A stretch of 64,000 nt of DNA. It comes from Macrostomum lignano. Its lineage: Eukaryota. The notes beneath the pieces are model-generated. The model ran no database searches and was not told the DNA's origin. It was given only the letters and a program-made list of their open reading frames with translations. The first letter of the stretch is position 1; the number at the start of each line of letters is the position of its first letter. Made by a program: the position numbers and the translations under genes. Location: assembly GCA_002269645.1 (NCBI GenBank), contig NIVC01002960.1, positions 62,001-126,000 of the forward strand, read 5' to 3'. Of the stretch, positions 20,314 through 42,964 are shown in pieces.

Positions 20314-23300
20314 TCAGATGCGTTTCGCTGCATATCTCCGCGGCGTTGAGCGCTGAGCTCCTGACGATCGTCGAGACTGCGTTCGACGCCGCAACAGAAA
20401 CACAAGAGCCACCACGATGAGGATGAGCACCATGACTCCGATGCTTACGATCAGCCAGACCCACCAGTTGACTCCGGCAGAGGTGAAAACTGTTCTGGCT
20501 TCACTGCTACTCCTGCACATGGTGACCCCCGGCGGGCAGATGCACTCGAATCCCAGGTTGACGCCCGTCGCCCGGCACGACCCGCCGCTCGGGCAGCTGA
20601 TGTTGAACTTGCTGCACGGGTTCACGGCAACGCAGCTCTTGCCCGCGTCTCTCTCCTGTCCTGCTGGACACTCGCAGGTCATCTTGCCCCAGAGTCTGCG
20701 ACAGACTTCCGTTGACGGACAGTCGCAGGGAGGCGTCAGGTCCACACCGTCGGAACCGACTCTGGCATCGCTGGCCAGCACTGGCGTGATGAAGCCCCCT
20801 GTGGCCTCATTGATAGACCGATCTGCAGCATCCGTAGTTGTAGACATGTACGTGCCGGAGACGCGGATGTTCCGCAGCCAGCCTGAGCGAATTCAGTGGA
20901 GAGGTGCTAATTGGTTAAACCAAGGTAGGAAACTGACACACTGGCACAGGCACTGACTTACTGTTGGCGATCTGAGCCGTCAAGTCCAAATTCGAGAGGT
21001 CGGCCACGGTTCGGCCCAGGTCGTGCAGCCTGTCGACCCCGTCAACTCTCAGCTTGAGCACGGCTTGCCTGGTGGCGGCAAACACGGAGTGCCACTCGCC
21101 ATCGTCGACTCTGATTGGCGGAAACGCGAAGCAGCTGGACGAGTCGATGCAGAGCTGCAGCAAGCCGTCCGAAATCTGGAGTCAGGGGAGGAAAATATTT
21201 GTATAAATTGAAGTTATGAGCTTCTTGGCTTCAGTTTGATAAATTCAGCTCACATCCAAGCTCTGACTCAGAACGGTTGAACGTGCCGAATTCTTGATGG
21301 TGGCATGCAGGACGCCAGTCGATGCACTGACTCGAGTTCGCAGTTCCAACTCAATCGATACGGAGTTTTTATCGCTTAACTGTAGCGGATTCTTCGGGTT
21401 CTCGAACCAAGTGCTTGGATTGCTTGATGCGGTGCTGATTATCAGTGGATCTGCAATTTCAATCAGTTCACTGAAGTTCAAGTGGGGGTTGTAGCCAGTG
21501 GGGGTTGTAGCCAGTGGGGGTTGTAGCCAGTGGGGGTTGTAGCCAGTGGGGGTTGTAGCCAGTGGGGGTTGTGGCCAGTGGGGGTTGTAGCCAGTGGGGG
21601 TTGTAGCCAGTGGGGGTTGTAGCCAGTGGGGGTTGTAGCCAGTGGGGGTTGTAGCCAATGGGGGTTGTGGCCAGTGGGGGTTGTGGCCAGTGGGGGGTTG
21701 TAGCCTAGTACTTAGAGCGTCAGACTCACGACTTGAAGGTCGGGGGTTCGATCCCCGATCCCACTGGAACAATTTGTGTCCTTGAGCAAGACACTTAACT
21801 CTGCATTGCTTCAGTTCACCCAGCTGTAAAATGGGTGCCAGCAATAGCTGGGGTAATTGAAGGCGTGTGGTGACCCCCCAGTCCTTGGACTGAACAGCCG
21901 TACGCAGCCTTCAGATGCGCCGCGCAATAGCTGCTACTGAGCTGTCGGTTGCACATCTGGCCCAATTGGGGCAGGTGTAACCAATTATATTATTATTATT
22001 GTTTACTGAAGTTCAGCTTTGGGTTATCAAGCTATGTGTGAATTCCAAACTCGTCTTACCTTGTGTGCACTCGTTGGACTGCCGATCTTTCCTGCACTCG
22101 GCACTGGAGCCGACCGTCTCAAGCTTCTTTCGCTTCGATCCCAGGCACTGGCAGTTGCAGTCCATCGGATATCCTTTGCTTTTAGTCACGATCCCATAGC
22201 AGACCGACTGCGCTCCGCACACGAATGTGCCGGAGCCGCCGCAGCTGCCGCTTTGAAACTTGCAGTCGTCTTCCACCTTGGAGTCCCCGGTTGTCACGGC
22301 CCTGCTGGCCTTCGCGTCCACCAAATAGCCGTTCACGGTGACTGATTGCACGCAGCCAGTGAGCGCCTGGCCGATCTCAAGCCAGAGGTTGGTAAAGTCC
22401 GAGACCGAACCACCAGAATTGACGCTCTTGGTCTGGCACTCAAGCGGAATTGGATTGCTTGAGACGCCTGCGAGCTTCTTTGGGCACAGAACTGCCCGAG
22501 TCTGCAATTGGTTGCCAAGTTGGTTCAGCTTTGGTTGATAAGCCGCAGCATGCGAGATTTATCCCAGAAACTCTCACCAGCTTTGGAGTCATGAGAATGT
22601 GAAAAGTGAACCAGTTCCCTTGGTTAAGGCCTGCAGATGATACATCAAAGCTTTTTCCAAGAAGCAGACTTCCGGCCACTCTGAGTGTTGTAGTCCGGAA
22701 GATCAGCGATGCACTGAGCATTGAACTGCCTGGATTGTTGGGACTCTTCAGCGCCAGCGTCTCGAGGCCGGCTTTTTCGATTGATCCGGACAGCTCAAAT
22801 GAGATTTCCAGAGACAGAGCCGAGTGCGGCAGGCCGCCAATCCAGTGGCGAGTGAAGGCCAGACCGGATGACCCGTGGCTGTAGCTTCTGACCGGGTACT
22901 CGCATCGAGGACCCCACGGGGTGTTCGGCGCTAACGGACAGATGCACCTGCAGATTGGCAGAACTTTTTAATCCGGCTTTGCCAACAGATGCAACTAGCA
23001 ATCTAGTGCCCCCTTCGGGGCGTCCAATAGCAAGAAACGAAAAGTATTTATGAGAACCTTTTAAAACGAATGCATTTCTCTTAAAAGCATTCCTATTTCA
23101 GTTTAATAAATCACTTTGTTCGAGTAAATTTTTCCCAGTAAGCCTTGACATCTCAGCAATTCCCCAGTAAGCCTTGACATCTCAGCAATTCCCCCAGTAA
23201 GCCTTGACATCTCAGCAATTCCCCAGTAAGCCTTGACATCTCAGCAATTCCCCAGTAAGCCTTGACATCTCAGCAATTCCCCCAGTAAGCCTTGACATCT

Positions 23301-25683
23301 CAGCAATTCCCCCAGTAAGCCTTGACATCTCAGCAATTCCCCCAGTAAGCCTTGACATCTCAGCAATTCCCCCAGTAAGCCTTGACATCTCAGCAATTCC
23401 CCAGTAAGCCTTGACATCTCAGCAATTCCCCCAGTAAGCCTTGACATCTCAGCAATTCCCCCAGTAAGCCTTGACATCTCAGCAATTCCCCCAGTAAGCC
23501 TTGACATCTCAGCAATTCCCCCAGTAAGCCTTGACATCTCAGCAATTCCCCCAGTAAGCCTTGACATCTCAGCAATTCCCCCAGTAAGCCTTGACATCTC
23601 AGCAATTCCCCAGTAAGCCTTGACATCTCAGCAATTCCCCCCTACATATCAGAGACAGCAATGAGAAGGGATATACGCTATCAACTTGGAAAGCTTATCG
23701 GCACCTGCGTCAATACTCCGGCATAATGTTTTCGAGACTTCTCTTTGAAAAGCTGAAAAATAACATTCGTGCAGAAAATCTAAGAAAGCGGGCAGAACAG
23801 TCTTTAGCCACGCCTGTGCTTGAGAGCCGCCTGAATTCACCTGAACCCGAAGCCAGTGAAGTTGGCATCGCAGACTCCGCCGTTCAGGCAAGTGGCCGGC
23901 CCGCACGGCTCTGCGCTCATCTGCTCCGCTGTCTGAGCCGTCCAGCTCAGCCCGAATCCCAGGAAGTTCGAGTCGCTGTTGAGCTGCACCACAGCCGGAT
24001 GCACCGATGGAAGCGAGCTGCTCGAAAAGCGCAGGCGACTGCGGCACAGCTGAGCGGACTCAGCGGGACACCGGTCCGGCATCACCTGGACTCCGCTACT
24101 CGCTCCAGTTTCGGTCTTCACCAGCTCGTACGCCTCCCAGAGGGCCAAGTAGGAGCTGGTGCCGACCTTCGGTATGAGCAGGGACACCTCTGAGGTGTCG
24201 GCGGCCGGCTGCAGCTGAGAGACGAGGCGAGCCGACAGCCGACTCTTGAGTCTGGCCACCAGACTGCTGATGGGGTCTCGAGAACCTGTTTAATAATAGG
24301 CAAGCAGTGCGGGTGCCGATAATCGAGTTTGAAAATTAGCATTAGCTATTTATACTGGCAGCTCCATACCAGCAATGAAGATGGCGCTGTCAATGACGCT
24401 CAGTGGCAGGCTGGAGACTCGCAAATTCAACTGATGAGATACAGTTCCAGCTTTCACCTGCACCACGTGTACGCCATTCTTTAGGTCGGGAGGCCTGAGC
24501 ACGAGTCTGTTGGGTGTGGAGCTCTTGTCAACGGTGAACTTGGTCGCAACGTCGCCTGCGCCGATCACTCTGTCCATCCTGTCTACGCTCGATATTCTCA
24601 GGTAGGCGGCGCCGTACTTTCTGAAGTTGGCATCTGCGCGTTGACGGAGAGGGAGCGCAACGTTTTGATTTGTTTTAGCTGGTCGCACGGTTGCACAAAA
24701 AGTAATTAAGGGTGGGATGTGGGCACCCTGGATCAATGCTTCCGGTAAAATCGTCCCACAACCAGCGGTGGGGCGATTCTTCCCATTGCACTGACCTCCT
24801 GAGCACGCGCTGTGCTGTCCCAAGTGGATCAGGCGAGGGGAGAGGGGGACATGTTCAGTAAAGGCTATGGGGGGACATGCCAATGCGTTGTCCCCCCACC
24901 CGACCTCCTGACCCGTTGTGTGCGGCGCTAAAAATAGTGCCTGCGGAGCTAAAGGGAATGCCTGCGGCGCTAAATGAGTGCCTGCGGCGCCAAAATGACT
25001 TCCTGCGGCGCCTAAATGAGTACCTGCAGCGCCAAAATGAGTGCCTGCGGCGCCTAAATGAGTGCCTGCGGCGCCTAAATGAGTGCCTGCGGCGCCTAAA
25101 TGAGTGCCTTTGGCGCCAAAATGAGTACCTGCAGCGCCTAAATGAGTACCTGCGGCGCCTAAATGAGTACCTGCGGCGCCAAAATGAGTGCCTACGGCGC
25201 CAAAATGAGTGCCTGCGCAGCTAAAAGGAATGCCTGCGGCGCCAAAATGAGTGCCTGCGGCTCCAAAATGAGTGCCTGCGGAGCTAAAAGGAATGCCTGT
25301 GGCGCCAAAATGAGCGCTGACAACACCGATTCTCAAAATATGAGTAATGGACATTGTGGAATTTGGTCATGTATATGTACATGTTGAATTCTTGGCTTCA
25401 TCCCCCCACCTTAAAATCCATGGCGACGCCCCTGATGTGGATACTGCACGCAGGCGCGCTCTCATAGACACGCTTCCACAGGGTGTACAGCAGACCTCAC
25501 TTCTTAATCGTCAGGCGTGTGCACTCTCTGCGCCCGAGGGATTGGCCCTCAAAGATGTGTACGTTCAACAGGAGGCTGGCACTCACCATCTGGCAGCAAG
25601 ACTTCAACTTCAGCTTTGTCGCAGTAGGCACTGGCGAGCACCGCCAGCAGGATGGCTGCAACTGCAGGCCCGTACCGGAGCAT
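20314..25683 (-). CDS. Classical-cadherin-like protein, paralog 2: same ectodomain architecture but a ~24-aa basic cytoplasmic tail; exon 6 hit by a SINE
   Basis: Exons: 25683-25587 (signal peptide MLRYGPAVAAILLAVLASAYC), 24633-24370, 24285-23841, 22947-22578, 22501-22060, (21450 or 21480)-21254, 21175-20962 and 20882-20314. Exon lengths 445, 370 and 214 equal those of paralog 1. AATAAA on the minus strand at 20259-20254. Confidence 0.8.
21481..21700. repeat. 16-bp tandem repeat (AGTGGGGGTTGTAGCC)n, amplified from the SINE 5' end
   Basis: About 14 copies running directly into the SINE head GGGGGGTTGTAGCCTAGT. Confidence 0.9.
21690..22000 (+). mobile_element. SINE family 1, copy C (full length), with a 15-bp TSD
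   Basis: A box TAGCCTAGT, B box GGTTCGATCCC, CORE-like segment and ATT tail. TSD GTTCACTGAAGTTCA (21466-21480) / GTTTACTGAAGTTCA (22001-22015) brackets 21481-22000. Confidence 0.9.
23134..23640. repeat. 30-31-bp intronic tandem repeat (CCCAGTAAGCCTTGACATCTCAGCAATTCCC)n
   Basis: About 16 nearly perfect copies. Confidence 0.97.
24935..25315. repeat. 21-bp intronic tandem repeat (TGCCTGCGGCGCCAAAATGAG)n
   Basis: Directly visible, in intron 1 of cadherin paralog 2. Confidence 0.95.
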
Positions 25684-26239
25684 GGCTGAGTCAGACTGGG
25701 CTTCGACCTAGGATGCTCTGCTCTCAGCTTGAATCAGCAGAGCAGCTCTCGGTCGGCTGGGCAGTTCATTTTAAGGTTGCGACTCGCGCGGCCCGGCAGT
25801 GACAGGCGCGCAATTTTCCGCATAATTTGCTAGCAACGCCTGCGGCCCGGCTGAAGCTGGCAAGACCTCGGTAACCCGGTTAAGCTGTCTCTATTAATAT
25901 TCAATTTGTTTGCAATTACGCAGCACATTAAGAAACGTAATTTTATCAGATATTTTCTCGAATTAGCATTTCCACAATGCCTTACGCTTGTAACCGCACC
26001 TGCTCAGACCCCACAGGTAAATCATTGCGAAGTTCTTCTACGAGCGCATGTGCGTATTTTTAACAGAAAGGGATCGAAGTTTTATCCCCATTGCGTTGAA
26101 AAGTCGCATTGATTTTGTCTGTAGGACCGAGAGTTACGCGCGATTTCACGTCTGCAGTTGCTGGCGACGAGCTACGAGAGTAACTGCAACTGCCTGTCTG
26201 TACCAATTTAGTGAACCTAATTGGTCACACAATTCACAT

Positions 26240-26600
26240 GGGCCCTGAGCCCCTGGTCCCTATTCCTTCTACGTTCATCAATCGTCAGATCGATGACTGG
26301 GCTGATTCCCTTCAGAGGGACAGATGGGCGGGCACCCAGGACTGCCGGCGATTCCGGTCCGCGGTTCCGAGCCCTTCCCGCAGGTTCAGAAACATCCTTC
26401 TCACTCAAAATCAGAAGGATATCCGCGCCCTTGTCATGACACTTACCGGTCACGGCTACCTCACCAGGCTCTGCTTCCTCCGAGAGTGAACTTTACCCTT
26501 TTTGCGAATTCCCTTTCTTCACCAAAGACCGGTACCAAAATCGTATCGTATCATACCTCGTACGATACCCGTCTTTTGACGAGGTCTGCCAGCCCAGCCC
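26240..26600 (+). mobile_element. Degraded LINE fragment related to the element at 1-1226 (region after RNase H)
   Basis: GPEPLVPIPSTFINRQIDDWADS...DIRALVMTLTGHGYLTRLCFL aligns with GPGPGAPIPASVINSRVKRWADS...DLRAVSMALSGHGCFSRHRFL. Confidence 0.75.
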
Positions 26601-26734
26601 GAAAGCATCCCACGGCTCATCCAGTTCCTCTGGGAGACAAGACAAGCCATGCACTTTCTTCCCCACGGAAGATCACGCTGCAGGACGGACCGGCGGACCA
26701 ACCCTGACCGGCTCCACGCCTCTCCCTGCCTGCG

Positions 26735-27442
26735 GTCTGAAGGGCTGGCCGCATCCTGGGGAATTCCCATTTCCCATCCAGCGGGTTTAAAGGGCTGGCC
26801 ACATCCTGGGGAATTCCTACCCAGTGGGTCTGAAGGGCTGGCCGCATCCTGGGGAATTCCCATTTCCCACCCAGCGGTTCTGAAGGGCTGGCCGCATCCT
26901 GGGGAATTCCCACCCAGCGGGTCTGAATGGCTGGCCGCATCCTGGGGAATTCCCATTTCCCACCCAGCGGGTCTGAAGGGCTGGCCGCATCCTGGGGAAT
27001 TCCCATTTCCCATCCAGCGGGTTTAAAGGGCTGGCCACATCCTGGGGAATTCCTACCCAGTGGGTCTGAAGGGCTGGCCGCATCCTGGGGAATTCCCATT
27101 TCCCACCCAGCGGTTCTGAAGGGCTGGCCGCATCCTGGGGAATTCCCACCCAGCCGGTCTGAATGGCTGGCCGCATCCTGGGGAATTCCCATTTCCCACC
27201 CAGCGGTTCTGAAGGGCTGGCCGCATCCTGGGGAATTCCCATTTCCCACCCAGCGGGTCTGAAGGGCTGGCCGCATCCTGGGGAATTCCCATTTCCCACC
27301 CAGCGGTTCTGAAGGGCTGGCCGCATCCTGGGGAATTCCCATTTCCCACCCAGCGGGTCTGAAGGGCTGGCCGCATCCTGGGGAATTCCCATTTCCCACC
27401 CAGCGGGTCTGAAGGGCTGGCCGCATCCTGGGGAATTCCCAT
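26735..27442. repeat. 50/43-bp tandem repeat containing the palindrome GGGAATTCCC
   Basis: About 15 units of TCTGAAGGGCTGGCCGCATCCTGGGGAATTCCC(ATTTCCC)ACCCAGCGG. Confidence 0.95.
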
Positions 27443-28477
27443 CCCTCTTGCAAGACACGATGTGAATTCGAGCATGCCTACTGGTTGTTGTCAGTTTGAG
27501 GGGCTGAGCAGGAACTGAAAGAGGCTTCATTTTTCAGTTAAAATGGCTCACTTGAGTCTAAACCTATGTCGGCTATCTGGATAAGGGTCTGCTTCACACG
27601 TCACTATTGGTAGTAGTATCAACAGCAGTTTAAACGTTTTGGTTTCCCTTTTTCGTACCTAGTAGTGATTTTCGTTGCATACTACTGTGACATGATCATG
27701 AGTAAAGTGCAAGTTGATTTTTCTACACGTATTTATGTGTTACAACGCCGAGATGAATCTGACATTCGATCCGGCCAGTTCCAGTTCTCCTATGCTTGCC
27801 TTGGCAGAGCGAGTCTGTTGCTTGCATAGGCTGAGAAAGTCAACACAGACCGCTCCGTTTGTCCTCGACAAACTGTGATGCAGACAGCCCTCCGCTTGTC
27901 TAATATTCATGCTGAGCTGTCTATGACAGAAAAGCTCTCAAAACAAAAAAGACTGCTAGCAACCCGCAGTTAACTCAATCACCGAAGTGCGGGACTGTAT
28001 TTTCCTGATGGCTCTTGGGGCTCGCATCTGTGGGGCGCAGGCGGGAGTCTTCCGAAATCACACGGCGTCATGCAAATAACATGCGAAAATTAATTAAAAA
28101 GCAATTTAGGAAACTGGACCAAAAGTTTACTGGGCATGGAGAAACGAGAGCATCGATTCGATTGACAAAGTATGCGACGTAAATCCGAGGGTGTTTCTCC
28201 TGTGGTTACTGCACAGACAACGATTAGATATCGAAAATTCGAAAGAGGCGCAGACACACTGGGCTCGAGGCCGATGTCGAGCTGAGTGAAGTTAAGCAAA
28301 GCGAGTTCCATGGGGATTCGATCAGGTTCTCAGGGAGAATTTGCGCAAATTCGAGCCAGTCAATCAATATTCGCTGATTAAGAAAATTTACATTTAAGCC
28401 GCAGTCTTTCCACTACAAAGCAAATTAATTACAGAGTGCGCATCGGCCCGAGGAAAGGGGGAGTCGCGTTGGCAGCT

Positions 28478-28834
28478 TCAGGTGCGCACCTGCACGGTGA
28501 CACCGCTGAGGGTGTTCCACAGCTGCAGCACTTTGCCCCTGGAGGCGCTGGCGCTCTTCGCCTGCCTGCGATCGTACAGCGACGGCAGCGGCGGAGCCAC
28601 GAAGTAGGTCGTCGGCCGGCTGCTGGTGTAGCTGAAGGGCGGCCGGTGCTGGCTGGGGTACGGCAGCAGCAGGTTCGGCGCCGTGCGGGCGCGCCGCAGC
28701 TGGGCCTCCTCGCGCTGCCGGTCCTGCTGCTCCAGTCGCTGCCGGCGCATCCGCATCTCCTCGCGCATGTAGAAGCCGTAGATCTGGTTGGAGGTGTGCG
28801 GCTTCTCGCTCAGCCAGTTGTTGTAGTAGTCCAT
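28478..28834 (-). CDS. Small hypothetical protein (118 aa) with a charged coiled-coil-like segment and a Pro/Tyr-rich C-terminal half
   Basis: Strongly GC3-biased ORF (MDYYNNWLSEKPHTSNQIYGFYMREEMRMRRQRLEQQ...) in less GC-rich flanks. No family recognised; it may splice near its 3' end. Confidence 0.55.
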   Translation of the reverse strand: MDYYNNWLSEKPHTSNQIYGFYMREEMRMRRQRLEQQDRQREEAQLRRARTAPNLLLPYPSQHRPPFSYTSSRPTTYFVAPPLPSLYDRRQAKSASASRGKVLQLWNTLSGVTVQVRT

Positions 28835-30708
28835 CCTGGTGCTGCTCTCTGTCTGCTGTCTCCGTGTTGCTTATCCGGTTATCTGCCTCAGGTTGGCTCT
28901 CTGCCTCGGCTTGCGCCTGCTTAAAATACCTGCCCCCCCTTGCCTTCCACCTTGCGTTACCCTTGGATACCGCGTTGTGGGTTGGGGGGCTGGGGTGGAA
29001 AACTGTGTGCGTGCATGAGCGTCTGTCTCTCTCTCTCGGCATTGAGGCGGAGTCAGAGGCTTGAAAGTGGAGGTTGGGGCGGCTGCTGGCGCAAGCAGAG
29101 CGCGTGCATTCGGGTGGCGGAGAGCCCAGCGCCAGTGCCTGAGAAAGGCTGCTGGGCTTTGTGGGCGACAGATGGGGCTGCAGGTCGGGCAATGGCAGAC
29201 TCAGGATCGTGGTGGGGACGAGTTGGGATCGGAAGCGGGCTGGGATCGCGTTGCTATGGGTGAGGGACTGAGGACTGGGTGATTTCTTACTCTTGAAACG
29301 GTGTAAATTCTCTCTAATCATTGCATATAGTGGAGACCGTCAAAACTGAAACCAAGCAGAAGCTTTTATGCGAAGTAAATAATGAATCAGTTGTCAAGAA
29401 TTACGGTAAATTGAAGATAAATATGTACAGTAAGATTTTATGAAAAACATTTTTATCGCTCTTTTGCTAAACGAGCGCAACTCCGGCTGCTTAAGCACGC
29501 ATAAAGCTGTGTACAGGCGGCTCTCTCAGTCGCACTTCTAATCTCGCACAGAAGCGCAGGCCAAAGTTTACCCGATGACAGATAGTGGGGGCTGAGGCCA
29601 CTTCGCAGCGCGCCATATGAATTAGAAGTGGATGGAATTAGGCTCGAATGCAGGGAGGCCCTTCTAGTTTCTGGCCTTCATACACAAGCTTTGGTCCAAA
29701 TATAGGCGAGTTTTTTTAAAAAAACACAGGACTCCAGCTATGTGAAAATTTGATAAGAGAACTCAATATAACTCTCCTGGGCCAGGTGCTCGTAAAATAA
29801 ATTTATGAATACCAAAGCACTGCAGTTTCACTGTTTCAGCAATTAATTGCCTAAGGCACTTTCTCCATTCCTGTCTGACAGCTTCATAATATGTAAATAG
29901 TAATCTCATAAAAGACTGAATTAAGCTGCAGGCACGATTCCCAAATACTATAAAAATATAGAGTAGAATTTGGGAAGCCATCTGGTTCTATCTATATAAT
30001 CTACAAGTTAACATGTGGATAAACTTGCAGTAAGGATCTAGAGTTAAAAGACCAGAAGTCATAAAGAGACATAAAGAGCAAACGTGCACCTGGGCTGTTC
30101 AAATAATGCAGCGCAAATTAGTACGCCAGGATCCATATACATATGATATGGTGTCGATGAAAAGTGCTTGCAATTGTCCAAGCTAACTAGTACTCATTGA
30201 ATGATTCAATTTGACTTTAAATTCAACTAAAGATTCTAGTTTTCATTGAGGCGGTCAATTCTAAGTTGCTTGAATGCATCTAAAAAATTTCTGGCGCTAC
30301 TGAATCCACCCCATACGCAACTCACCGTGGATGTTTACTCAGACAAGCAAAGCAATAGGCATAGAGATATTTAAACTTTATAAATATACAAGTAATCAGA
30401 AAACACAAAGGTACATTTTTGTCATACTTTACTTTTAACTTGTTTTACTGAGGGTTATATGAACTAGTATTGTTTGGGCAAAAATCAAATACCGCCTTTT
30501 ACCAGAATTTCAGTCGACGACAACCTGATTGATTGATCACCTGACTGACTTCCAAATTTGCTTCATGCAGCAAATCAAAGACGAAAAATAAATGATATGC
30601 TCTTTCTGAAAGATGTTTTACTTTCCATTCAAGATTCCCTCAAGGGACTGACCATTGAAAGAAGATAAATTGTTGTTAGACACTTGAAATTTACATTTAC
30701 TTCATTCG

Positions 30709-32075
30709 TTCTTTTAATTGGGTGTAGTTATGTTATAGGAGACTTGTGCAAAATATTAAATTTAAAATGGTTTATTCAGATTACTTTTTTCTTGGTTTTT
30801 TTTCTGATCTGGTTAAGTTTTAAAAATAGTCTTTAAAAATTTTCAATTATACTAAAACTAATTGTCTTTGTAATTGCCATGCTATAATATATACTTTTTT
30901 AATAATAGAAGGAACTAAACTTGCCTTATTATAATCTTTCCTTTGTCTAAAGCTATTATGGCTATTAAGTATTTGATTTTTTGTTCTAAAAGTAGCTTTG
31001 CTTTTGACCAGCTTTAGTACTTAGTTTATTCTAAAGTCATATAGTATTTTAATTTTAGAACATTGATTGATGTCAATAAAAAATTTAAGATCATTATAAA
31101 ATACATGCAATAGCTAAATGTAATATACTTTTTTGAAACTGTTATTGATTTATAAATTTATCTTTAAAGGGTAATATTTAATGTATAAAAATAATAGAAT
31201 CAGTTTTAAAAGTGTGAAAAAGTATAATAAGCATTTTATATAGATCAAACAAATTTCTAAGGTTTTATTTTTATAAACTAAATTTTCAATTTTTTTAATA
31301 TAATAGAATTTGATAAATAAAGCTTTCTAATAAAATGATAATAAAGTTTAATATAATATAATAACTAAGCTATATTATCATATATAGTAAAAATGGTCTA
31401 TTAGCAAATAGCTATATGTGATCAATTAGAGAAAAAATAAATATTCTAATATTTTGGAAGCAAGCTTTACTCTTGAATCTTATATATAGAATTTTCTAGC
31501 ATAAAATAGACATAAAAATTGGTTGGTATAAAATATCTAATATGCAGAAAATCCATTGGGAAATTGTGCCACAGAGCCAGCATATGGCATAGCTATTAGT
31601 GTACAAAAGACCAAAATATTATAATGCAAGAAAGGAAGGTCCTGTATTGTTGCAATGCAAAAAAGGTCCTTTATTATTGCAATGCCTTTCTGATAATGTC
31701 TGGTGTATATATTATAAATAAATTTGTTTTTTTCTGGTATAAACTTGAATTTATGGTGTAGGGAGTCACTTTTTCTGGCATAACTGTGTAACAAATTTGA
31801 GAGTGTAGGGAGCAAGACAAGTGATTGCCACAATTTGACTATTAGCTATTTAGACAGCTGACATTTTATGTTAAACTAGGGTGGTTTAGGTTAGGATTAG
31901 GTTTATTGTTAGCAATCAATCTATACCAAATTGTTGTAGACCTAATATTCCTATATATTTATATATATCTGCATACTGAACATGTCTAGACCATGTTAAA
32001 ACTTGCTAGACCTACAATGAAAAAGAAGTTCACTGCTCTCAAAGCTCTAACTGTAAGCCCCATTTGAGCTTCAGT
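30709..32075. other. AT-rich tract with no CpG dinucleotide
   Basis: No CG found by reading between 30708 and 32076. Confidence 0.85.
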
Positions 32076-32085
32076 CGCCCCCTTC

Positions 32086-42958
<10,873 letters not shown>

Positions 42959-42964
42959 CAGGCC

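Noticed and set aside
21690-21770. tRNA gene candidates at SINE heads (also 14434-14500 and 40287-40350)
   Set aside because: A and B boxes are present but the acceptor stem and cloverleaf are incomplete, and each continues into a shared SINE body.
23134-23640. CRISPR-like appearance of the 23-50-bp arrays (also 32412-33867, 41910-42465, 54425-54762)
   Set aside because: Units are head-to-tail with no unique spacers, there are no cas genes, and the context is eukaryotic and intronic.
31480-31620. Faint MULE-transposase-like text (GWY...HRASIW) in the CpG-free tract
   Set aside because: It needs frameshifts and back-mutation and the spacing does not fit; cannot be supported without a profile search.
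31875-31905. GGTTTAGGTTAGGATTAGG telomere-like stretch
   Set aside because: Only three degenerate units; such words are common in transposon subtermini.
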